Source: a virus
Direction: 5' to 3' (one strand)
Virus genome (UHGV): UHGV-0198106
DNA length: 64,000 nt
Shown here piece after piece: positions 49,385-57,969 of the stretch. The position numbers and the translations under genes were made by a program. Within the stretch, counting starts at the first letter, position 1, and every line of letters begins with the position of its first letter. Below the pieces are notes generated by a model. The model did no database searches, was not told the DNA's origin, and saw nothing but the letters and a program-made list of their open reading frames with translations.

Positions 49385-49627
49385 TTAATCGTAGTCAGTA
49401 TTCCAAAAGTCATAAGTAAAATCGCCCTTAGGGCAACCATATATAATGAAGTATGTCTTCTTAATCCTTTCCTTCAATGTGTAATAAAGACCATCACTGA
49501 AGTTACCAATCTTTACTTGGAAGCGTAAAGAGCGAGCATCCCTTCGAAGCATAGATATTAGCTGTACTCTGCTACTTCCAGCCATCTCTTCAAGAAGCTT
49601 CTTTGTGTTCCAATAATGAGCTGTCAT
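49385..49627 (-). CDS. hypothetical protein
   Basis: Track ORF, 80 aa; AAGGAG then ATG. Confidence 0.45.
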   Translation of the reverse strand: MTAHYWNTKKLLEEMAGSSRVQLISMLRRDARSLRFQVKIGNFSDGLYYTLKERIKKTYFIIYGCPKGDFTYDFWNTDYD

Positions 49628-49631
49628 ATTA

Positions 49632-49928
49632 TCACTCCTTACCGGTTGTTTTTACTGAGCCACCACACCACAACGCTGTGTCAATCACAACATTGTCTGG
49701 CGTAGATTTCTCTTCGTTGATAGACGGGTTAGCATTAGAGCAGGTTGCTCCGTTCCAGCGCATATCAATTTCACCAGAAGGAACCTTCTCACCCTTATGC
49801 CAGCGAGAAACACAAACACCTTCCACTGCTACTGCACACCATCCATCAGGACGGCTCTGTACGCAGCCTGTAAGGACCACACAGACAAGGAAGATACAGA
49901 TTAAGGATATTACACCACCCCAACTCAT
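49632..49928 (-). CDS. Cys-rich lipoprotein (paralog 1)
   Basis: Signal peptide with lipobox LTGC; RPDGWCAVAVEGVCVSRWHKGEKVPSGEIDM... paralogous to the 57573..57902 product. Confidence 0.55.
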   Translation of the reverse strand: MSWGGVISLICIFLVCVVLTGCVQSRPDGWCAVAVEGVCVSRWHKGEKVPSGEIDMRWNGATCSNANPSINEEKSTPDNVVIDTALWCGGSVKTTGKE

Positions 49929-49940
49929 AACTACCTCATT

Positions 49941-50456
49941 CTATTTAGTTAACCAAAAACCTTTCGGCTTTTTAACAACACCAAGAATCCTACATCTCTT
50001 ATGGACAGCCGAATCACTAACACTCAGTAACCTCCCTACTACATACACGGGGTAAATGTCTATTAAAGACTGAAGAGATTCTTTTGTTATTTCAAACCGT
50101 CTGCTATCTAATTTGGCACAAAGCTGTGAGCAAAACCTTTGGTTGCTATTCTCTGAAACAAGGTAAATCTCTCCACAAAAAGAACATAACCTTTCTTCCA
50201 TGACAGCCCCATGATGGTGCCTGCTATGCTCCTCATAAGTCATGATTTCTAAATTAGATGGTTCGTTGTTTAACTTATTCTCATCCTTGTGATGAACCAC
50301 TAGGTCAGAGTTCAGTTCGACACCGTAGAAATTTTGAGCAACATATCTATGAACATACACCTTTCCAGCTTTATTGGCCATAGGGTGTGTTGGTTGGTAC
50401 ACATACAAATAACCAACACCTTTATCAACAACTGCTTTACTTAGATCTAGCTTCAT
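49941..50456 (-). CDS. HNH homing endonuclease
   Basis: HNH_3 motif VHHKDENKLNNEPSNLEIMTYEEH plus C-terminal Cys cluster. Confidence 0.7.
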   Translation of the reverse strand: MKLDLSKAVVDKGVGYLYVYQPTHPMANKAGKVYVHRYVAQNFYGVELNSDLVVHHKDENKLNNEPSNLEIMTYEEHSRHHHGAVMEERLCSFCGEIYLVSENSNQRFCSQLCAKLDSRRFEITKESLQSLIDIYPVYVVGRLLSVSDSAVHKRCRILGVVKKPKGFWLTK

Positions 50457-50464
50457 AATACCTC

Positions 50465-50568
50465 AAGAGCTCTTAGCGAGGGTGACAGGACTCGAACCTG
50501 CATACTCCATTTACTTCTTTAACGACCGCTTAGAAGGCGGGGAAGATACACCCTCACTAAGAGCTCTC
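50465..50568 (-). other. structured element: 20-bp inverted repeat enclosing tRNA-like T-arm and anticodon-like hairpin
   Basis: Arms aagagctcttagcgagggtg / caccctcactaagagctctc; on the minus strand GCAGGTTCGAGTCCTGT (T-arm-like) and CCGC-CTTCTAA-GCGG (UCU anticodon-like loop); no canonical D-arm, so not called as tRNA. Confidence 0.3.
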
Positions 50569-50576
50569 GTTAATCC

Positions 50577-50828
50577 TCAAGCACAAGCAGGGAGAGTGAT
50601 GATTTTATACTGACCTTCAAACTCTCCAAACAAACCCAAGAACGTAGGGCTATATGTGCCAGTACAAACAAACTCATCAAAGAGTTCATTGTACGAGGGC
50701 TTAATCTTCCAAGCCCACACATAGCCCATCTTATCAATCGCAATGTGACGAGTGTTCAGAGGAACAGTCATCATCACATCATTAACTGCGATCACTTTAG
50801 TTATTGGTGCAGCTTGGAAGTTTTTCAT
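50577..50828 (-). CDS. hypothetical protein
   Basis: Track ORF 50577..50861 trimmed to ATG 50828 (MKNFQ...) with GGAAAA upstream. Confidence 0.4.
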   Translation of the reverse strand: MKNFQAAPITKVIAVNDVMMTVPLNTRHIAIDKMGYVWAWKIKPSYNELFDEFVCTGTYSPTFLGLFGEFEGQYKIITLPACA

Positions 50829-50830
50829 GA

Positions 50831-51103
50831 TTAGTTTTCCCATTTTCCTAGATATAGACAATATATTCTACCACCGTCCGGATATGTTTTGGTATGAGCT
50901 TCAGCTAAAGAGGCACATGCATAGTAAGAAAGTTCTTGTGAGCTTCTTTTTACGGAGAATAGCATATTATCTGCTGTATGTGGCTCTGACCTGAAACCTC
51001 CGTACCAAAACCCAGAACTTTCATAGTCACTTTTGTAGATACTCTCCCTTTCCTTACAGCCAAATGCAGAGATAAGACACACTAGGATTATAAGCTTTTT
51101 CAT
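50831..51103 (-). CDS. secreted protein / lipoprotein candidate
   Basis: N-terminal MKKLIILVCLISAFGC signal; start overlaps the stop of the upstream small ORF (ATGA). Confidence 0.45.
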   Translation of the reverse strand: MKKLIILVCLISAFGCKERESIYKSDYESSGFWYGGFRSEPHTADNMLFSVKRSSQELSYYACASLAEAHTKTYPDGGRIYCLYLGKWEN

Positions 51104-51276
51104 ACTTTACCTTTGATAAAAATGTCATTACCACAGACACAGCATGAACGAACAACAGTAGCGCCACGCTGAATGATATGAACCTCTTCCTTAACCAGAT
51201 TAACACGAGCACCACAGCAAGGAGAGTTAACATAAGAGTAACCAGCTTGCGTATTCTTGATTGTTTGCTTAGACAT
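51100..51276 (-). CDS. small Cys-rich zinc-ribbon-like protein (58 aa)
   Basis: Not in track; GAGGAAG then ATG; MSKQTIKNTQAGYSYVNSPCCGARVNLVKEEVHIIQRGATVVRSCCVCGNDIFIKGKV. Confidence 0.4.
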   Translation of the reverse strand: MSKQTIKNTQAGYSYVNSPCCGARVNLVKEEVHIIQRGATVVRSCCVCGNDIFIKGKV

Positions 51277-51320
51277 TTTAGCTTCCTCTTGTTAGTTTAA
51301 GTAAGAGCTGTCCCTTAATT

Positions 51321-51349
51321 AAAACAACAAAGGCCACCCGAAGGCAGCC
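51321..51349 (-). terminator. rho-independent terminator
   Basis: On minus strand GGCUGCC-uucg-GGUGGCC (two G-U pairs) followed by UUUGUUGUUUU. Confidence 0.65.
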
Positions 51350-51810
51350 TTTTATTTATTAACTGTTATAGGTCCAATTGCCTTGCTTGTTACGGATGGC
51401 TGACATTGCATGAAGCCAGAAGCCTTCCAGTTTCAGAGCACCATTAGCTACTGCATCCATACGTTCAGGGCGGTTCATACGTTTGGTTGATACTTTCATA
51501 CCTATCTCTCTCTATTAGTGGAGGCATTATTGCCAGTTGATATAGCGGATGACTCTCACTATAGAGCCAATTACTCTACAAACTAGTGAAGACTCCCTAC
51601 CCCTAGAGAGTCTCCTAAATCCCAAACCAATATGTACCCCTACATATCAGAAAGTATATCGAAAATTAACAGGTTTTAGTCTAGCACCGGATGTTTGAGC
51701 AAGCTCTCCCTAGCGGTGTGGCATATGCCTGAATTAATAAGTTAATGAGGAACACCCTCACATAGCCCTCTGATAAACACAAGGGCTATAGGTTGATGTT
51801 ACTTAGTTTT

Positions 51811-52113
51811 TTATACTTTAAGCTCGTCAGAGAGCTCCTGCTGCTTAGCAATAGCTACTCGCAAGTCTTCATTAGCACGAGCAAGGCGTAATACTTCATG
51901 GTTAAGATTCTGAAGACGCTTGTTTCTGTCCTCTACTTGCATAATAAGATCGTTGAGTGTTACTTTAACTTTCTCATTATACATCTCATCTACTTGAATC
52001 AAAGATTTATACTTTCTCTCCCAGCTTGCTGCTTTGTTTCTTAGAACAATAAATCCTATAACGCTGATAGTTAAACAGCTTACAAAAAGGAATTTATATA
52101 TCTCTAAAGTCAT
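51811..52113 (-). CDS. membrane protein with coiled coil
   Basis: N-terminal TM FLFVSCLTISVIGFIVL followed by charged helical region (100 aa). Confidence 0.4.
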   Translation of the reverse strand: MTLEIYKFLFVSCLTISVIGFIVLRNKAASWERKYKSLIQVDEMYNEKVKVTLNDLIMQVEDRNKRLQNLNHEVLRLARANEDLRVAIAKQQELSDELKV

Positions 52114-52311
52114 ATTATTTACCCTTTATCAGAGATTAAAAGTAATATTATTTAAGTAAGTTATATTTAGTAAACTTATTTTCTAAGAAATTTTCAAAGG
52201 GTCTATATACAGAGCATTACCATAGTCCCAGAATACTACCATCTTTTTCAATAAATTTACTAAGTGGTTGGTTTATAAAGGAATTTAGTTTGTCAAATCT
52301 GGCACCAGTGA

Positions 52312-52701
52312 TTATTCCCTAGAGCTGTTATCGAACACTAAATCACCACAATACATAGGATTGGCATACCATTTTGGCACCCCTTCGCTCTTACTCTGAA
52401 AGTAAGTCCCACTGTACAGCGGAACATAATTCTTCTTAAGGGCACGTTTAGCTAGCCGCTCGCTTTCTCCAATGGCTTGCTTAGTCATCGGATTTTTATC
52501 ACGAATCAGCTTTACATAACGTTTATAAGGTTTCTCCTGTTTTAATAGTACCGGAATCCACTCAAACTGGTTCTTTTGTCTTATCACCTGTTCAGCGGTC
52601 AGTTTTCGTTGGGCCATTCTATTTATCACGGTATCCGCAACCATAGCTTTACATGCGGTTGGCTGATTCCCTGCCTCATAATAAATAGTCAATGTCAACA
52701 T
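52312..52701 (-). CDS. SleB-type cell wall hydrolase (Hydrolase_2 family)
   Basis: TIYYEAGNQPTACKAMVADTVINRMAQ ... QFEWIP matches the SleB-family conserved core. Confidence 0.6.
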   Translation of the reverse strand: MLTLTIYYEAGNQPTACKAMVADTVINRMAQRKLTAEQVIRQKNQFEWIPVLLKQEKPYKRYVKLIRDKNPMTKQAIGESERLAKRALKKNYVPLYSGTYFQSKSEGVPKWYANPMYCGDLVFDNSSRE

Positions 52702-52941
52702 TAGCTGGGCCGTTGTTATCAGAACTTGCTACCTCCTATTCTACGGGTACAAAAAAGCCCCAGCCGTAGCCGGGGCAAACCTGAAAGCAACACATGACCG
52801 TTGCTATAAATACACTCGCAAATGCACTTACAGCAACGCAAAAAGCCGCTCAAAGGCGGCTATGCGGAAGCTTCAAATGGGGAGAGGGCACTACGCGACA
52901 GAGAGAGCGTCATAGTACTAAAAGAGGGGGCTATAGTCCTA

Positions 52942-53385
52942 CTATTTAACCCTTGCCTCTTTGATGGGGTCAATGTATTTTTCAACTCCCCACTTGTGTT
53001 TACTATCTGCGTAGAAAACATCAGGTGCGCACTGGCTTGTCTTAGGGAATGCTTGAGGGTCTTTCGTGCTACCCTTAAACTTCTGCTTACCACGGGTGCG
53101 ACCATTACAGAAGATTTCTAACTTCTTCTCCTCTTCTGTTTTAGCTCCCCCGCTCTGTAATAAAGAACGTTTATGATCGGCTAACAATAACGCATCAGCA
53201 CGATGAACACGATGGCCTACACGTTTTGCCACACTGGAAGGAGTATGGGATTCAGCCTCAGCCTTTGCAGCACGACGTTTTAAACTACGCTTACTGACGT
53301 GATTGGTTGCCTTTGGTTTCTCTTTCTCTAATTCAGAGATAGCAAAACAACGACCGCCCTTCATGCTGATTTTTGATTTAGCCAC
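52942..53385 (-). CDS. basic protein, possible nucleic-acid binding
   Basis: GTG start after AAGGAA; 147 aa, Lys/Arg-rich. Confidence 0.4.
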   Translation of the reverse strand: MAKSKISMKGGRCFAISELEKEKPKATNHVSKRSLKRRAAKAEAESHTPSSVAKRVGHRVHRADALLLADHKRSLLQSGGAKTEEEKKLEIFCNGRTRGKQKFKGSTKDPQAFPKTSQCAPDVFYADSKHKWGVEKYIDPIKEARVK

Positions 53386-53454
53386 AATCTTATTCCTTTC
53401 AGTGATAAGTTATATCGGGCAAGCCCATCAAGGCGATAGGCTTGAACAAACAAC

Positions 53455-53661
53455 TTAATTGAGTAAACCGAACGACTTCCAACTACGTGTTAAAACTGTA
53501 CCATCATCCATCTTAACGGACATGTTGAGAAATTTCTTTCCTTGTGTACTAATCGTTGCAACTACTCCTGTCATTGCCTTACCTTTATTTAAGTATCGGT
53601 ATGAAACACGACGGCCAAGAAGGGCGATAGGGGTCTTGCTAAGAGGTTTAATGTTAATCAT
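53455..53661 (-). CDS. hypothetical protein
   Basis: Track ORF, 68 aa. Confidence 0.4.
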   Translation of the reverse strand: MINIKPLSKTPIALLGRRVSYRYLNKGKAMTGVVATISTQGKKFLNMSVKMDDGTVLTRSWKSFGLLN

Positions 53662-53882
53662 GATGCTTGATACCTTTTCATATATTCAATGCGGTGGGAG
53701 TGTTTGTATGATGCTTTAATTGCCATTGCTCTAACCTCTTCTAAGCGTTGGTTTTCGTAAACCTTCTTTGCTTCTTCATGGTTATGGCGTTTCTGGAGAA
53801 TCCTACTACATTTGCGATGGTTTCCGGTGCTGCGATGTTTCTTACAAATAGGACATTTACCAAAGCCTTCACTAATGATCAT
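53658..53882 (-). CDS. small Cys/His-containing protein
   Basis: Track ORF, 74 aa, GKCPICKKH motif. Confidence 0.4.
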   Translation of the reverse strand: MIISEGFGKCPICKKHRSTGNHRKCSRILQKRHNHEEAKKVYENQRLEEVRAMAIKASYKHSHRIEYMKRYQAS

Positions 53883-54106
53883 TTTCTCAATCCTAACTTA
53901 CGTAGCACACGGCCTAACGTTGTTTCTTGCGTGATGGTATAACTAATCGCTTCATGTTCTAACGTCTCAATCTTCATTGGAGACGGATACCATTCACCAG
54001 TAAGTATACATTTACATTCAACGCCATACTTTTTAGATAGGCGGTAATGCTGACCGTTGCGAAGGTTTCTGTAGATCGTGGTATGCGTAGTTAACATAAT
54101 CGTCAC
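53879..54106 (-). CDS. hypothetical protein
   Basis: Track ORF, 75 aa. Confidence 0.4.
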   Translation of the reverse strand: MTIMLTTHTTIYRNLRNGQHYRLSKKYGVECKCILTGEWYPSPMKIETLEHEAISYTITQETTLGRVLRKLGLRK

Positions 54107-54208
54107 CTTTGATTAGATTCTTTTATTAGCACACTGAATCAATGCACTGATAAAAGAAAAGGCGCTACCCGTTAAGATAGCGCCTCATGTTTATTCAAAT
54201 TGTCTTAC

Positions 54209-55108
54209 TTATGCTGCCTGACGTGCTGCCATAATTTCAGCCGCTTTACGCAATACTTCTTCCTCTTCTTCTTTCGCAGCTTGTTCGGTACGGGTAGCAA
54301 CCGTTGAAGAGATACGACCGCGCAGACTTTCTAACTTCTCCTGCATAGCTGCAACAGCCTTTTCCATTTCATCAGCATATGAATCAAGTGATTCCAGTTC
54401 CTTGCTTGATGCGTTCATCAGATAGTCATCAGAGATCGCTACAGTTGAGGCCGTTACTTTCTTGATGAGTGAGTCGAAAGACTTCTTAACCTTCCCAACT
54501 TCTTCACTTAAGGCAATAGTGTTATCACTAGTTGCGCCGTTGCGTTCATCAGCCAGCAACTTGGCTTCAATGCGGATTGCGTTCAAGCGTTCAACCAAAG
54601 CGTAAATATCTTGGTTAAAATCTTCCTTGTTTTTCGCCGGGATTTGCAGGTGTGCCGCCACGTTGTCGTTACAGCCTTTGTAGAAGTTAGGATTATCAAC
54701 TTCAATTGCACGACCTAAAGCAAAGTTTTCGAAAGCGTTTGACCAGCGAGCGCGGTTTTGCTCCATTTTGGTTTTAATCTGCGCTTCTTTCGCATCTTCT
54801 TTAGCTTTCGCTTCACCTTCCAGATTAATCCACTTTTTACGACCATTTGCCGCATCGGTGTTAAACTTGATAGGGGTTAAGAAAGTGATTGCGGTAGCAA
54901 TAACATCCATATCGCGGAAGCGTTCAGTTAACAGGAAATCAACCGCCGCTTGTAATACGTCCAGTTTCTTACCGTTGCTGCGGAAGTGCTGTAAGTGCCC
55001 TAACAGGAAGTTAGATACGTCTTGCTTAATCGCTGCGTTGTTGCTGCGGATGTTGTTAGCCAGAGCGTTAAAACCAGATTCGTTAACCAGAGTAAAGATT
55101 TTAGCCAT
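54209..55108 (-). CDS. first early gene product, function unknown
   Basis: Trimmed to ATG 55108 after AAAGGTGA; first ORF downstream of the three tandem early promoters; helical, Ala/Glu/Lys-rich C-terminus. Confidence 0.5.
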   Translation of the reverse strand: MAKIFTLVNESGFNALANNIRSNNAAIKQDVSNFLLGHLQHFRSNGKKLDVLQAAVDFLLTERFRDMDVIATAITFLTPIKFNTDAANGRKKWINLEGEAKAKEDAKEAQIKTKMEQNRARWSNAFENFALGRAIEVDNPNFYKGCNDNVAAHLQIPAKNKEDFNQDIYALVERLNAIRIEAKLLADERNGATSDNTIALSEEVGKVKKSFDSLIKKVTASTVAISDDYLMNASSKELESLDSYADEMEKAVAAMQEKLESLRGRISSTVATRTEQAAKEEEEEVLRKAAEIMAARQAA

Positions 55109-56031
55109 GATATTCACCTTTCAATTGTAAGGGCACTATGCCCCGCTCTCTATGAGCTTGCTTAAGTCACTATTAACTTAACTCTAACCACTCACTTTTT
55201 AAGTAGTTACAGGTAAGTGAGGCGGTCTTATCAGGAGTTAACCTTTCCGCCTCCTTATCCGTGATGTTTCATCTGGTATCTTTAATTAGTCGCTATAAAC
55301 TAAGCCGACCTGATAGCGATGATCAATCATCACAATAAGGCAGTGCGTCCGACTCTAATTAGTTACATTTATTGTAACCGTCGGCAATATCGTCTACTTT
55401 GTTTTCGCTCTCGCCTATCCTTTTGTATCAACTCTCAATCGCTAGTCATCGCCCACTACGGGATACTATTGCGAAAGAGTCATTGACCGTCTAATGTTCC
55501 GACGTTTTATATCTTTCGGCAAGTTTACTACATAAACCGACTATGTACTTTCATCATAAGATGAATCTCAAGCCGTTCACATCGTAAACGTTCACACTAA
55601 GCCTTATTGTTAAATAGCAATTTGCCACTTTTTAACCGCTCCCCGCCGCTCGCAATTGAGCTTGTATTCGTCGGACTTGTCTACCCTGATTAACTTCTTT
55701 CACTGTAGCGCCTTGTTAGCGATGACCGCCGCTACCCTTAACCGTGGGCGATTAGCTTAAGTCTCTGCGTGCACTCAGTGAATCCGTTTGTCAGTGGTGA
55801 CGTTTCCAGTAAGGGATTGCAAGATTGTTTCCTCTGATAGTTTAGAGAATCTTACACCGTTTTATCTGGCATACTTTCCGATGGTTATTATCTTCAAGCA
55901 TGTTCAACCGATATAGAAGAACGTTTAAATTGTTAAAGAGCGGTAAATCTATCAGCATGTTTACTCACGCTATGCAACTGTTAGCCGTTGTCTCGCTTCG
56001 CTTCGGAATGTTTCCCTTAGCTAATGTGCTC

Positions 56032-56060
56032 ATTATGACCTATCTCTCAGCGCCTGTCAA
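56032..56060 (-). promoter_or_regulatory. early promoter P1 (sigma70-type)
   Basis: On minus strand TTGACA (56055-56060), 17 nt, CATAAT (56032-56037); A-rich tract upstream of -35. Confidence 0.55.
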
Positions 56061-56208
56061 CCATCTTTTTAATCTTTTTCGTCGTTCCCTTTATTGGGAG
56101 GATATATCAATCAGCTATATTTGATTGAGGATTACTAAGCGGCTCGGCTAGTGAATCAGGTCATATTGTTAAAGAACTTGTTAGCGGTGTATCTGCTAAC
56201 TGGTAATC

Positions 56209-56236
56209 ATTATAACTTATTAGATTACCTTGTCAA
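56209..56236 (-). promoter_or_regulatory. early promoter P2 (sigma70-type, consensus hexamers)
   Basis: On minus strand TTGACA (56231-56236), 16 nt, TATAAT (56209-56214); A-tracts upstream of -35. Confidence 0.6.
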
Positions 56237-56355
56237 CTCTTTTTATCGTCCTCTTTTTATTCTTTTCCCTTATCTCGCGCGAATCTTTGCGAAAGGGCAG
56301 GACGATAAGTTTTTAAAGAGCATTTGCAAGTTTCCTTGCTTTGTTTCTGATACCC

Positions 56356-56383
56356 ATCTTACTACGTTTGAGCATCTTGTCAA
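56356..56383 (-). promoter_or_regulatory. early promoter P3 (sigma70-type)
   Basis: On minus strand TTGACA (56378-56383), 16 nt, TAAGAT; A-tract upstream. Confidence 0.45.
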
Positions 56384-56640
56384 TCTTTTTTATTTCTTAT
56401 CGATTACCTGTTTTTCGTACGACTTATCAGGTTGTCTACTTGGTACTGCTTAACCGATGAATAGATAATAGAGGAAGTGAGGAAGGAAAGCAACCTTTAT
56501 TTTGATTATTTTCAGGGAGGAGAGATATAAAGGAACGCGCACGCGAATAACACACTAGAACAGGCTTGTAAAGCAATATTTGACGCTCTCAGACGCATCA
56601 CAACGAGCTAAAAGAGGGTAAGGCATACAATCGCCTTAGA

Positions 56641-56666
56641 AATGAGAAAAGCCTCACTAGGAGGCT
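56641..56666 (-). terminator. rho-independent terminator upstream of the early promoters
   Basis: On minus strand AGCCUC-cuagu-GAGGCU followed by UUUCUCAUUUCU; downstream of gene ending 56743. Confidence 0.65.
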
Positions 56667-56742
56667 CACAGGAAGGATTAGAGAATCAGATAAATTATGA
56701 CCATAGGCATGACCACGGCACAATACAGCAGAAAGATTAAGC

Positions 56743-57120
56743 CTATGGATTTACACACTGACCATTACCGGATTTTATTTCGTTCATAGATTCATCAAAG
56801 AGCGTCAACGACGAGCGCAGCAAGTGATCGACCGTAATTTGCTTACCAGTGGTTTCGTTAGTCATGTGGATAGACTTGTCGTAGGTTATGACACTCTCAA
56901 AATCTTCTACATGTAAAATAATAACCTTAGGTGACTTTTTACCAGTTTCATAATCTTCTATAAGATAGGTGCATTGCAAGCCTTCGATAGTATCAGGCGT
57001 GAACGTTGCAGCCTTTACACTACCAATAGACGACAGCAGGACACCTAACAGAAGAACAACCAGAAAGAAGCCTACAATCACTTTCACTACAAACTTGATA
57101 ACACCCATGATAATAGTCAC
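56743..57120 (-). CDS. membrane-anchored/secreted protein
   Basis: N-terminal hydrophobic segment VIVGFFLVVLLLGVLLSSIGSVKA; 125 aa. Confidence 0.45.
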   Translation of the reverse strand: MTIIMGVIKFVVKVIVGFFLVVLLLGVLLSSIGSVKAATFTPDTIEGLQCTYLIEDYETGKKSPKVIILHVEDFESVITYDKSIHMTNETTGKQITVDHLLRSSLTLFDESMNEIKSGNGQCVNP

Positions 57121-57202
57121 CTATAGTTATAAAACGTAAGAATAAAGCATATCAGAGACAAATAACGCCACTGTAACAACGAATAAGCACCGCCAAAAAT
57201 AA

Positions 57203-57475
57203 TCACTCTTCTTCATTACTACCCTCGACAAAAAATGCTATACTGATCTGTTCCACTTCTTCCAGCGATAGAAGAATCCCACGTTGAGCTAAATACTTCC
57301 CAATAGTGAGATAATCTTGCACTAAATAGACCGCAGGAAAGCTAATGGTTTTTATCTCACCTTTCGTAAGAAAAGACAAATAAGCATAGTCGATTGACTC
57401 ATCAAAGGAGAGCGTAACGCCACCGTAATTATGCGTATCAATCAGCGCAATAGTTTCATTACCCATTGGTATCAC
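57203..57475 (-). CDS. hypothetical protein
   Basis: Track ORF, 90 aa. Confidence 0.4.
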   Translation of the reverse strand: MIPMGNETIALIDTHNYGGVTLSFDESIDYAYLSFLTKGEIKTISFPAVYLVQDYLTIGKYLAQRGILLSLEEVEQISIAFFVEGSNEEE

Positions 57476-57572
57476 ACTCCCAAAACAATTAAGAAATAGT
57501 AAGCAATTGCAGTAGCAATCACCGTGAAAATCAAAGATAACAAAGTAGAACTGGTATTACAAACCCTTCTTT

Positions 57573-57902
57573 TTAAATGTCCCATTCTTTACCCTTAGTG
57601 GAAGTGTTGCCACCGCAATGAGTTGCTCGGGAAATAAAGTCTGACTTCTTCCAATCAGCTTGTGTTTTCATATCACGCTCACGATAGGCCTTCTCATCAA
57701 CAGATCCACCATTAGAGCAACTAGCACCTTCGTACTTCATATCAATCTCACCAGCAGGAACCTTAACACCATCTTTCCAACGCATCACACAAGTGCCCTC
57801 AACTTCCAGAGCACACCAACCATTGGGACGCGGAGAAGAAGAGCATCCTACAGTTGAGAGAACAGCTACAGATAAAAGAGCAGATGCAATCAGAGTTTTC
57901 AT
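57573..57902 (-). CDS. Cys-rich lipoprotein (paralog 2)
   Basis: Signal with lipobox-like TVGC; RPNGWCALEVEGTCVMRWKDGVKVPAGEIDM... parallels the 49632..49928 product. Confidence 0.55.
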   Translation of the reverse strand: MKTLIASALLSVAVLSTVGCSSSPRPNGWCALEVEGTCVMRWKDGVKVPAGEIDMKYEGASCSNGGSVDEKAYRERDMKTQADWKKSDFISRATHCGGNTSTKGKEWDI

Positions 57903-57969
57903 TGTCTTGATTCCTTTAGTGTTGTCTTAATGAGGTAACAATACTGCCAATCTATAACCGTGTCAACTA

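Noticed and set aside
50465-50568. Canonical tRNA gene (tRNA-Arg UCU) on the minus strand
   Set aside because: T-arm and anticodon-like loop are present, but only ~7 nt separate the acceptor strand from the anticodon stem, leaving no D-arm, and ~23 nt lie between anticodon stem and T-arm; kept only as a tRNA-like structured element
51549-51570. T7-type single-subunit RNAP promoter (GACTCTCACTATAGAG resembles the CACTATAG core)
   Set aside because: No single-subunit RNA polymerase gene in the window, the phage encodes a sigma-like factor instead, and the orientation does not match the minus-strand neighbouring genes; probably a chance resemblance
55900-56453. Plus-strand ORFs 55900..56124 and 56151..56453 in the early leader region
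   Set aside because: No RBS, low-complexity hydrophobic translations, and they lie antisense to three strong minus-strand promoters; treated as non-coding
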